Assembly: GCA_951406725.2 (NCBI GenBank)
Contig: OX597818.1
Location: 80,972,001 to 81,036,000, forward strand
Source of the DNA: Octopus vulgaris
Taxonomy: Eukaryota
Length of the DNA: 64,000 nucleotides
Reading direction: 5' to 3'
Shown here: piece after piece, positions 13,520-25,589 of the stretch
How positions within the stretch are numbered: position 1 is the stretch's first letter
Layout: the number at the start of each line of letters is the position of its first letter
The notes under the pieces: generated by a model
Seen by the model: the letters and a program-made list of their open reading frames with translations, nothing else
Told to the model about the DNA's origin: nothing
Database searches by the model: none
Translations under genes and position numbers: made by a program

Positions 13520-13940
13520 GGTCATGATGTCCTTGTTTTTTCTTCTTTTGTCTTGTTTGTGAGGATAATGTTGTGGCTGTCTTCAAAGGAAGTTGTTGCT
13601 TGAGGGAGTGTGATGCCAGGCTTCATGGTCATTGGCAAGAACAGTGGTGATCAATCTGGTAGCCATTGAGGTGTTTCTTTAGTATGTCCTTGTACCACAT
13701 CTTTGGATCTCCTCTACCACCTTGATCAGAGGAGGGTTCACCATACAGTGTGATCTTAAAGTCAATGATCCTCTATCCTGGTATGTCTTGTCCAACATAG
13801 CTGTATCTTTTAGTAGAGTTGCTTTGATGCTGGTGACTTTCATCAGCTCCAGAGCCTTGGTGTTAGTGATGAATTCACTCCAAACGATACTGAGGATGAT
13901 GCAAAAGTAGTTCTGATGGAATCACTCAAGGAGTAAGTTT
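13520..13940 (-). pseudogene. RTE-clade LINE ORF2 C-terminal fragment
   Basis: Minus strand reads ...YVGQ...KITLYGEP...GRGDPKMWYKDIL, like the RTE LYGEL...RG.P..RYKD motif. Confidence 0.55.
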
Positions 13941-14526
13941 CTAGTTACTCATTGATGAAAATAATAAATTACTATCATTATCACTATCCTCACCATCATC
14001 ATCATTTAACGTCTGTTTTCCATGCTGGCATGGGTTGGACGATTTGACCAGAGCTAGCAAGCAGGTGAGCTGCACCAGGTTCCAACCTGATTTGGTCTGG
14101 TTCCTATGGCTGGATGACCTTTCTAATGCTAACTCTACAGAGTGTACTGGGTGCTTTTCACCTGGCAAAGGCATTGGTGTTATTACATTGTACTGACATG
14201 GGTGCCTGCTACATGGTACTGGCATAGGTGTTATGTAGTGCTAGCATGGGAGCTTATTGTGTGGCACCACCATGGGGTTCCTCTTAATGAATCAGTTTAT
14301 GTATATTATACTTTACTCTTTTACTTGTTTCAGTCATTTGACTGTGGCCATGCTGGAGCACTGCTTTTAGTCGAAGAAATCAACCCCAGGACTTATTTTT
14401 TGTAAGCCTAGTACTTATTCTATCGGTCTCTTTGCTGAACTGCTAAATGATGGGGATGTAAACACACTAACATCGGTTGTCAAGTGATGTTGGGGGACAA
14501 ATACAGACTCACAAACATACACACAA

Positions 14527-14578
<52 letters not shown>

Positions 14579-15281
14579 TACATACATACATATATACACA
14601 CACACACACACACGCATATATATATACGACGGGCTTCTTTCAGTTTCCGTCTACCAAATCCACTCACAACGCTTTGATCGGCCTGAAGCTTTAGTCGAAG
14701 ACACTTGCCCAAGGTGTCACGCAGTGGGACTGAACCCAGAACCATGTGGTTGGTAAGCAAGCTATTTACCACACAGCCACTCCTGCGCCTATATATATTT
14801 TATTAATATAGATGTTCTTTTCTACTCTAGGCACAAGGCCTGAAATTTTTAGGGAGGGGACCAGTCGATTAGATCGACCCCAGTACACAGCTGGTACTTA
14901 ATTTATTGACTCTGAAAGGATGAAAGGCAAAGTTGACCTCGGCGGAAATTGCACTCAGAATATAGAGCTGGAAAAAATACCACTAAGCATTTTTCCCGGT
15001 GTGGTAACGATTTTGCCAGTTTGCTACCTGAACTCGGATTGTAGAGACAGATGAAATACTGCTCAGTATTTTGCCTGACATGCTACCATTTCTGCCAGCT
15101 TGCCACCTTATTGATATAAGTATTATAGGCACAAGCATGGCAGTGTGGCAAGAAGCTTGCTTCTTAACTGCATGGTTCTAGGTTCAGTCCCACTTTATGG
15201 CACCTTGGACAAATGTCATCTGCTATGCCCTCAGGTTGATAAAAACCTTGTGAATAGATTTGGTAGACAGAAACTGGAAGG

Positions 15282-15509
15282 TGGTGAGCTGGCAGAATCG
15301 TTAGCATGCCGGCGAAATGCTTAGTGGTATTTTGTCTGCCCTTATGTTCTGAGTTCAAATTCCGCCGAGGTCGACCTTGCCTTTCATCATTTCGGGGTCG
15401 ATAAATTAAGTACCAGTTACGCACTGGAGTCGATGTAATTGACTTAACCCCTTTGTCTGTCCTTGTTTGTCCCCTCTGTGTTTAGCTCCTTCTGGGCAAT
15501 AAAGAAGTA
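15282..15509 (+). mobile_element. SINE family B (ggtgagctggcagaatcgttagc...gagttcaaattccgccgagg...gcctttcatcctttcggggtcgataaattaagtaccag). Many other copies, e.g. 480-810, 14815-15110, 26251-26480, 26803-27024, 31740-31940, 33320-33770, 47310-47535, 49630-52670, 63230-63400
   Basis: tRNA-like head with B-box GAGTTCAAATTCC and a Nin/Deu-like central domain. This copy has a 13-bp TSD agaaactggaagg (15269-15281 and 15510-15522). Confidence 0.85.
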
Positions 15510-15533
15510 AGAAACTGGAAGGAGCCCACAGAG

Positions 15534-15576
<43 letters not shown>

Positions 15577-16060
15577 CTTTGTCTCTATCCTGCACCACTA
15601 CTTAACTACTGGTGTCTGGTATGTTTATGTCCCTGTAACTTAGCAGTTTGGCAAGAGAGCTCGTTAAAATAAATACCAGCCTTTAAAAAAAAAAAAAAAA
15701 TGTACTGTGGTTGATTCATTTGACTAAAACTTCTTTGAGGCTGTCCCCCAATATGGCCGCTGTCGATTGAAACAAGTAAAAGATAAATGATAAAAAATAT
15801 AGTTGGAAAGCAAGATTCTTAGCCATAGAGACATGTGTTCTTATCACCATACCTGTGCCTTGCAAGGTTCTTATAATATTCTTACAGTCTTCATCAATGG
15901 TCAACTTCCAATTTGAATGTGATCATTCACTTGCCTTTACTTTACATATTCACTACTAGGCATAGCAGCTAAATCTCCATCGTAATATACATTATTATAC
16001 AAGCTCCTGAAACTATACATACTTCGTATCAGATAGTGTATGAAAAAAAAAATAGTTGAA

Positions 16061-16133
16061 GGAGTCAAGTGGAACTTGAACCCATATTTGCCAGTTAGAG
16101 TCTATAAGTGCTTTGCTGATTAACCTACTGACC
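16061..16133 (-). pseudogene. Degenerate tRNA-like sequence (tRNA pseudogene or isolated SINE head) followed by oligo-T
   Basis: Minus strand GGTCAGTAGGTTAATCAGC...GGGTTCAAGTTCCACTTGACT followed shortly by a T-run. The anticodon arm pairs poorly. Confidence 0.3.
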
Positions 16134-16720
16134 ATTCAAATATTTTCCTGTCTCCTTTATTATCTCATATAAACATAGGTTTATGAGGTTATCAAGAATG
16201 CCACCCTCCTCCTGAGCATGTATGTGCAGGATTTGCCTCTGTGTGTGTGTGTGCGTGTGTGTGTGTGTGTATGTATGTATGTGTGTGTGTTTTGACATAA
16301 CTCATTTTCTCTCTCTCTTTCTCTCTCTGATGTGTGTCATATGTACGTATATGCATATATTATGCATACATACATACACAAATACGTATGCACGTGTGTG
16401 TCTATGTACACACACATATATACTGAGATAATGTATAAATATATATATATATTAATATTAAAGCAAACATATGTACACACATGTATGCATACACGTGTGT
16501 GTGTGTATATAATATATATATATACATATATGTTATTTATATATATATTAGATAGATAATATATATAAATAATATATATAATACATATATAAGTAACATA
16601 TATATATATATATTATATACACACATATCTATCTATCTATATATATATTATATAATACATGTATACATATGTGTATGGTCATATACATATTCATACATAT
16701 GCATGCATGTATGTGTGTGC

Positions 16721-16764
<44 letters not shown>

Positions 16765-16927
16765 ACACACACATACATATATACATATACGTACACACTC
16801 ACACACAGACAAACACATATATAATAGATATATATATATATTATACATACATATATATACATACACATATATACAAATAGTATATATATATACATATATT
16901 ATATATATACATACAGATATATATATT

Positions 16928-16959
<32 letters not shown>

Positions 16960-17034
16960 CATACACATATATGTACATGTATATACATATGCATATAATA
17001 AATATATATATACACACATACACATGTATATGTT

Positions 17035-17095
<61 letters not shown>

Positions 17096-17729
17096 GTTTG
17101 GAGACAGGAAATTAGTATGTAACTAGTAGTTTAATAAGAGAAAGACACTTTGGGGTTGCTCTTGACAATGTGGTAATTAAAGACCTGTCTTCTCCTTCTT
17201 CTTGTGGTCATTATAAGACCCGTTTCCTCCTCCAGCAGATGAAATAGAACAAAACAGACTCTGTACCTAACCTTGACAGGCGTTAACCACTACAAGAATA
17301 ATGAGAAAAATATGGAGAGTAGTACTCCCTCTGCTCCCATTGCTGCTGGTGCCGTTGCCACCTCCGCCGCCACCACCACCACCGCCACCACCACCACTAC
17401 TACAGCTGATACCATCAACTCCAGCACTTGACTGGTACTTTATTTTATCAAGCACCGAAAAGATGAAAAGGAGAGTTGACATTGGTGGGATCTGATAATA
17501 ATAATAATAATAATAATTTCAAGTTTTTGCCATGAGGGCAGCTGGAGGAGGTGGGGATAACTGAAATACATTGACCACCAGTGTTCAACTGGTACTTATT
17601 TTATCGAATCTGATAGGATGAAAAGCAAAGTCAACTTTGACAGAATTTGAACTCAGAATGTAGTGATGTGCGAAATACTGCTAAGAATTTCGTTGAGCAT
17701 GCTAACGATTCTACCAGCTTGCCTCCTTC

Positions 17730-17763
<34 letters not shown>

Positions 17764-17765
<2 letters not shown>

Positions 17766-18794
17766 GATGTGTAATGTCAGTTGGATGTGTAATGTCAGTG
17801 TGCATACTCGTGGATGTGTAATGTCAGTGTGCATACTCGACAGAGCGTTAGTACCTTGAGAGAAATGTTGGATTTAAGAAGCATCAGTTGTGGTGTGCAA
17901 GAGAGACGATTGCGCTGGTATGGTCATGTGGCGAGAATGGATGAAATTAGGTGTGTGAAAAAGTGCCAATCCCTAGCAGTTGAGGGAACCTTTGGAAGAG
18001 GTAGACCCAGGAAAACCTGGGACGAGGTGGTGAAGCACGACCTTCGAACTTTAGGCCTCACTGAGGAAATGACCAGCGACCGAGACCTTTGGAAATATGC
18101 TGTACGTGAGAAGACCAGGCAGGACAAGTGAGTCCAGCCCACTTATGCATGCCTTTCCTCCCTTGGACACACAAAGACCTGTTGAGGCAAGCGAAGTCGA
18201 TATCGAACCTCATCCGACGACAGGCACCCATGCCAACCCCACTTTGCTTGTGAAGACCTGTTGGGGAAAGTGAAATTGAAATCGAAATCGGAATCGAAAT
18301 AATCCTATGACTGGCGCCCGGCAGATGCCAGGACCCCTGGACTGGTGGTATGTAAAAAAGCACTATCCGAATCATGGCCGATGCCAGCGCCGCCTCGACT
18401 GGCTTCCGTGCCGGTGGCACGTAAAAAGCACCATCCGAATCGTGGCCGAAGCCAGTGCCACCTCGACTGGCTTCCGTGCCGGTGGCACGTAAAATGCACC
18501 ATCCGAATCGTGGCCGAAGCCAGTGCCACCTCGACTGGCTTCCGTGCCGGTGGCACGTAAAATGCACCAATCTGACCGTGGCCGTTGCCAGCCTCACCTG
18601 GCACCTGTGCAGGTGGCACGTAAAAAGCACCCACTACACTCACGGAGTGGTTGGCGTTAGGAAGGGCATCCAGCTGTAGAAACATTGCCAGATAAGACTG
18701 GAGCCTGGTGCAGCCTTCTAGCTACCCAGATCCCAGGTCGAACCGTCCAACCCATGCTAGCATGGAGAACGGACGTTAAACGATGATGATGATG
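17764..18794 (+). mobile_element. 5'-truncated RTE-clade LINE: ORF2 C-terminus (to stop at 18131), 3' UTR with 68-bp internal repeats, and (GAT)n tail
   Basis: RRLRWYGHVARMD...GRGRPRKTW.E.V..DL...DR..W motif; ends ggacgttaaacgatgatgatg. UTR-only copies at about 10600-10745, 13994-14160, 27400-27775, 36725-37035, 42650-43078, 51370-51655 and 59430-59800. Confidence 0.9.
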
Positions 18795-20114
18795 AATAAT
18801 TCTTTTCTAACTTTGCTCCAAGGCCAGTAGTTTTGAGTGTTAGGGTAAGTCAGTTATAACAACTCCAGTGCTCTGTTGGTACCTAGTTTAGCAACCCCAA
18901 AAGGATAAAAGGCAAAGTTGATCTTGGCAACATTTGAACTCTGAAAATAAACAGCTGGAAGAAATGTCACTATGCATTTGTCTGGTACTATAATGATTCT
19001 ATCATCTTGCCACCAGGGTCCATGTCTTTGAGCACAATAAGAAGGCAAAATATAAACATGCTAAAATGGGGTTTACTCTGATTAAAAAAAGTCAACAGAA
19101 ACAAAACTTTTGACAATAAAAGTTTTCCCAGTTGAGAAGAAGACTGCCTAGGGCAGTGTTTCCCGGCATATTTTCCCCTTGGCTCCACTGTAACTCTCAA
19201 GAGAAATATATGCCACACTAGTGGTTGGAAAAAAAAAAAACGACTTCACTTTTAATATCTTATAACAATTATTTAATACAAAAGGATCTACCGGTAGCTC
19301 TTTTATGAAATAATGAGTACAAAAAAAAAAGTACATTATTGACTAAGAAAGGAAAGTGAGTCAATTTAATGAAAATCTTGTACCTGGTGATTATGGCAGA
19401 TTTCCTTGATTTGAGGAGACAACTTTGTTAGTTTCACTACATTTTGTAGTTTCAAGTTTGTTTCTCTTGGCTCAAAGCAAATCATCAGCAGCATTAAAGC
19501 CACATTTAAACAAATAAAACATGGGGAAATGAATCAAAAGTTCCCTTGCTGAAATGGCAGTGTTAGGGTATTTTCTTTCCAACATCTTCATATAGCCACA
19601 TCTTGGTACCTTTCATTTTGAAAAAAAGGTGTTCATTGATTCTTTTTGTATTAAATAATGGATCCCATTCTCCACCACAACTTTCCCAGGCTCCACTGGC
19701 AGAGGTGTATGTCCCACATTGGGAATGATTGGTTTAGGTTATTTTGAAGAAACTCCATACAAAGGTGCCAATGTTTTCGGTCAGAAGTTGGAAGGAAAAA
19801 CTGAGAGAGTGTATTCTACTAGTTTTTTACTTCCTGCCTAGAAAATCTATTCAGTCTTGCCCCGTTGAACCTAGTCTGGACACTCTCACCCACCTTTTGT
19901 CAAACACACAAGATGGAAGCACCTCTCTCTCTTACCTTTGTCTTAGATGAGAGCTTGACCAAATAAGAAAATATCTGTCTACAAGCCATTTGGAAGATTT
20001 CAACTCACAAACTCTTTGACCATTACCATCTAACAGACTAAGACTTGCTGGACATCTCTATCAAAAGTAGGTGGCTGTGTCAGTCTTCTCTAAATCTAAG
20101 TGAAAGAAACGTTC

Positions 20115-20275
20115 ATGCTACATGTCACTGTAGATGCATGCATCCTACATGTTGTAGTAGCTGCATACATCATATATGTGACAGCAACTACAGTCACTGT
20201 ACATGTGGCAGCAGTTGCATTCATCCTACATGTGACAGCAACTGAATTTTCTCCTACCTGAGGCAGCAGCATGCA
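20115..20275. repeat. Degenerate ~21-bp minisatellite (catcctacatgtgrcagcarc-like)
   Basis: Recurrent acatgt..cagcag/cagcaac units. Confidence 0.5.
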
Positions 20276-20592
20276 TTCATGTTTGTGAAGCATCCGATCT
20301 CAATTATTGAATGTCCAGCACACCTTTCTGAAGCAGCTGATCTTACTTAATTATTGTCTTTAAACCAGAGGTCTTCATGTTGTGTCCCTTTATGCTTTGT
20401 AACTTAGCAGTTTGGCAAATAGGTTACAATACAATACCTACCCTCTACCATACTGGAGTATATACTGGGATTGATATGATTCACTGGACCCCCTAAGGTT
20501 GGTTCCCCTCTATTGCTGCAGCACAATAACAAATTGGTAAAAAAAATTATTTCTGCTTATGAACACAGGTGTGGCTGTGTGGTATATACACA

Positions 20593-20633
<41 letters not shown>

Positions 20634-20981
20634 GTGTATAGATATATTTGTGTATATGCATATGTATATACATGTATGTATATGTATAGATGTATATATA
20701 TGTATATAAATAAATATGTGTATATATATATATGTATGTGTATATATGTATGTATATATTTTTGTGTGTGTGTGTCTGTGTTTGTACCCCCCCATCATCA
20801 CTTGACAACCGATGCTGTTGTGTTTATGTCCCCTTAACTTAGTGGTTCAGCAAAAAAAGATTGATGGAATAAGTACTAGGCTTACAAAGAATAAGTTCCT
20901 GGGCAAGTGTCTTCTACTATAGCCTCAGGCCGACCAAAGCCATGTGAGTAGATTTGGTAAACAGAAGCTGAATGAAGCCTG

Positions 20982-21027
<46 letters not shown>

Positions 21028-21237
21028 CACCTTCGTTTTGAGAGCCCCAATACTTTATTATCTCCCCTTCTTTCTACCTCTCCTGTGAAATCTTTTTCTC
21101 CCCAACCTATGGCCATGCTTGATTGCTAAATCCACAGGTTTTTTAATATTCTCTCTCTGTTTATTTTCTCTTATTTCTTTCTGTTGAAGAGTGTAGGCTC
21201 AAAACGTAAAAGATTTTCTCACTTTCCCAAATGCCAA

Positions 21238-21640
21238 AACCTAGCATGGTGGTATTGCTAAAGCTAGATAGATGTTGTTGCTAAAGTTAGCAAGGTTTTG
21301 TTGATAAATGTAGCAATGTGTTGTTGCTAAACTGAGCAAGGTGGTGCTACTAAACCTAGTAGGAAGGTGTTGTTAATCCTTGCATGATAATGTTGCTAAA
21401 CCTAGCAAGGTGTTGTTGCAAAATCTAGAAGATGCTACTACTAAGCATAGCAAGGTAATGTTGCTAAAACGAGTAAGGTGTTGTTGTTAAACCCAGCAAA
21501 GTGGCATTACTAAAATTAGCAAGGTGTTGTTGCTAAACCTATGAAGGTTCTGCTGCTAAGCCTGGAAATGTGTTGCTCAACCTAATAGTGTAGTGTAGTA
21601 TTGTTAGATCTAATTGAAGGGTGTTACTAAAACCAGCAAT
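21238..21640. repeat. Degenerate ~22-23-bp minisatellite (gtgttgttgctaaacctagcaag)
   Basis: Many imperfect tandem units visible. Confidence 0.75.
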
Positions 21641-22144
21641 TGTTAGGCTGACTACCTGTTGGTTTATGAAATTCCCCCCACCCATTATAGCTCATAAATT
21701 CATGTTATAACTCCCATCATAGATTAGTCACTTATCCTGCTCCAATGAACCAATATAATATTTACCCTATATTTAGTTATTTTTCTCATGTGTTTAGTTA
21801 TATGATTATCATGTATTAACCATTAAGTATGAATTGGGACTTTTTATATAGAAAATCATAACTGAGCGAGTTTTGATTTTATTAGCCTTACAGATTAGAA
21901 ATATCAGTTCCTGTCATTAGTTCTTCATTTTTGTTCTGGTAGATTGTTTCCTTTGAATTGTCTGTGATTATAAGCAATGGGAACATAGGATTGAAAATTA
22001 CAATGCTGAACTGAAATAGTTTTACAAGTTTAGGGAAAATAAAAGGAAATCTTTCTTAAGTATCTTCTCTAAACCCTTTAGCATTCAAATTACTCTGACA
22101 AATGTAAAGTATATTTATTCATATTATTTTGACTTAATCATAGC

Positions 22145-22800
22145 TGGCTTGTTCCACTGTTCCCGCCCACGCTGCCACACCATCCTTACAGGCATTCATC
22201 ACCATCCCTATCATCACCAACTCCTTTACCTGCACTTCTAGCAACATCATTTACTGCATCTCCTGCTCTTTCTGTCCTTCTCTGTACATTAGTCAAATGG
22301 GATGCCACTTGACTGACCAGTTCCTGGAGCACCTCCGAAACATCAGACTTGGCAATGACACCCTAATCTCATGCTATTTCTGCTCTACCGGTCGTTCACT
22401 ACAATACCTGTCCGTGTTTGGATTGTCTTTGCACAGGAGCCATCCAGACTCCCACCTTCACCATGAACAGGAATTAATCTTCTTCTCTCTTCACTCCTCT
22501 GTGTCACATGGGCCCAACTTCCCTCCTCTCTTCATCTGACTCCCCTCCTCTCCTCTCTTCATCTGACACCTACTTCCTCTCTTCACTCCTACCCACCTCT
22601 CCTCTCTTCCTCTGACACCTATTTCCTCTTTCCACTCTTACCCACCTTCTCTCTTCATTGACACATTTTATTCTCTCTGTTTATTTTCTCTTATTCCTTT
22701 CTGTTAAAGAGAGTAAGCCCAAAATGTAAAAAATTTTCTCACTTTCCCAAGCATCAAACTCATACACCTGCTTTTGTCTTGTTTTTCTGTAAATTTCAAC
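22145..22800 (+). mobile_element. Neptune-type PLE 3' fragment: GIY-YIG remnant plus 3' UTR with decayed HHR. A second 3' end lies at about 21030-21238
   Basis: Reads NSFTCTSSNIIYCISCSFCPSLYISQMG..L.DQF.EH...I. The 3' UTR is shared with 21150-21235, including ctgttgaagagygtaggctcraaacgtaaaag. Confidence 0.75.
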
Positions 22801-23353
22801 TATATATATATATATCTAAGTGGAGGCACAATGGCCCAGTGGTTAGGGCAGTGGACTCGCAGTGATTGGATTGCAGTTTCAATCCCCAGGCTGGGCGTTG
22901 TGAGTGTTTATTGAGTAAAAACACTTAAAGCTCCATGAGGCTCCAGCAGGGGGTGGAGGCAAACCCTGCTGTACTCTTTCACCACAACTTTGTCTCACTC
23001 TTTCTTCCTGTTTCTGTTGTACCTGTATTTCGAAGGGCCGGCCTTGTCACACTGTGTCATGTTGAACCTCCCCGAGAACTCCATTAAGGGTACACATGTC
23101 TATGGAGTGCTCAGCCACTTTCTTGTTAATTTCCCGAGCAGTCTGTTCCGTTAATTGGATGAACAGGAACCCTTGTCGCCTTAACCAATGGAGTGCCATA
23201 GCTACAATATATATATATATATATATAAAACTATAATAATATATCATGATAATGTTTATTCTCTTATTTGAAGTGACAATTTTTAAATACAAGCAAATGA
23301 CAGAAAAATGATGAGCTAACCTCAGGCAGAATTGAACATATATATATGTTATA

Positions 23354-23407
<54 letters not shown>

Positions 23408-25542
23408 CTAAATGGTAAAGACCCCCTTCGGTGAAGAATGATCATGGGATTGCACCTAGAAAGTTCCCCTCCGAGGCACAAGTCTGGCCAAGATCAGCAG
23501 TCAACCATGCATACCTCCTCCTCTCACCACATCGCTGATGTTATCCAAGGAAAAGGCAAAAGCTTATACAACTTGGTACCAGTGATGTCGCAACTCATTT
23601 CTATAGCTGAGTGAACTGGAGTAACGTGAAATAAAATGTCTTGCTCATGAATGCATCACACAGCCTGGCTCAGGAATTGAACTCTTTACTTCATGATTAT
23701 GAGCCCAACGCTCGTTCCACTGATACATATATAAATAAATATATATGTCTCTCAAACACACACTTTTACCTAGAATAAGTGTCAGATATATGGAGGTTTT
23801 TAACTCATTTTGGCATATTAACACACTTAGATTTGTTATTGATAAAAGTTCTCTGACCTTTTTTGATAACCTATTTAATGTACTTCAGTAATTGAAGAAG
23901 TTGGCTGGGGACATAAGTTACAAAACATTGATCGATTATCTAATTGTTTATTTTCTTTAACCTAAAGTTGATCCCAGTTCAGCACACTCATCATGAAACA
24001 CATTTCCACATTGAGACCCCCTTCGGTCATGAATGACCATGGGATTGCACCTAGAAAGTTACCCTCCCAGGCACAAGTCCAGGCAATGATGTTTATGGAA
24101 GACCTGCAGTCGCCCATGCATGTCAGCCTCCCCTCCTCATGCCACCAATGTTATCTAATGGAAAGGCAAAGATCAATACAGCTTGGCACCTATGATGTCG
24201 CAACTCATTTCTACAGCTGAGTGAACTGGAGCAACGAAATAAAATGTCTTGCTCAAGAACACAACATGCAGCCTGGTCCAGGATTCGAGCTCACAACCTC
24301 ACGATCGTAAGCTCAACGCTCTAAGCATTGAGCCATGCACCTTCACATGCGCATTTCTACATTGACAATCTGATATTATATTAAATGAAATATAATATAA
24401 TATTATATGAAATATAATTATATTATATACCTATATATATATGGAGGCACAATGCACAATGGCCCAGTAGTTAGGGCAGTGGACTTGCAGTCATAGGATT
24501 GTGGTTTCAATTCCCACACAGGGCGTTGTGTGTGTTTATTGAGTGAAAACACCTAAAGCTCCATGAGGCTCCAGCAGGGGGTGGTGGCGAACCCTGCTGT
24601 ACTCTTTCACCTCAACTTTCTCTCACTCTTTCTTCCTGTTATGGTATATTATATTTTCTGGTTCTTTACATTCTGAGTTCAAATTCCACTTAGGTTGATT
24701 TTTACCTTCCATCCTTCCAGGATCAGTAAAATAAGAACCAGGTGAGCATTGGTGTTGATGTAATTGATAACTCCTACAATTGCTGGCATTGTGCCAAAAT
24801 TTGAAACAATTATATCAATTATCTAACTTGTCCCTCCTTTTTAGGCCTTGAAGATTTAAGCCTTAAGAGTTGTTTCTTTCAGTTTTCACAAGATTTCTTG
24901 TGAAAAGACAGTATGATGTGTCTTGAGGGAGATTTAACTGCTATTATTAGCTGGTTGAGCAGCTGTGTAGAGACTTTTACATTGGCTTGTGTATCTAGTA
25001 ACACACATCATATTTGATTTCTTATGAGAGACCCGAAAATATATGGCATGTTTTAATTTTGGCAGTCCATGTCATGACCCCATCATTTCCTACTAATCTA
25101 AACTTTGACTTGTTTTCATAAGATTCTGACTGATTTCCAAGAGGCATTTTAAGGTGTAAGCTGGGGAAATTGCCATCAAATATATGTAGTATATTGAATA
25201 TAATATATAGTATATTAAATGCAGTATATATATATATATATACACACACACACGTACATGCCATGGAACATGGTACATATGATATGTGGTATATCAGATG
25301 TAGTATCTGATATATTGTTTTACTTGTTTCAGTCATTTCACTGCAGTCATGCTGAAGCACCACCTTGAAGGGTATTTTAGTTGAACAAATTGACCCCAAC
25401 ACTTATTTTTAAAACCTAATACTGATTCTGTTGGTATCTTTTGCTGAACCACTAAGTTATGGGTATGTAAACACACCAACACTGGTTGTCAAGCGGTGAT
25501 AGGGGGACAAACACAGACACAAAGACACACACACATAGATAT

Positions 25543-25589
<47 letters not shown>

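Noticed and set aside
16061-16133. Functional (possibly suppressor) tRNA gene
   Set aside because: The anticodon and D arms pair poorly and the anticodon is ambiguous; kept only as a low-confidence pseudogene.
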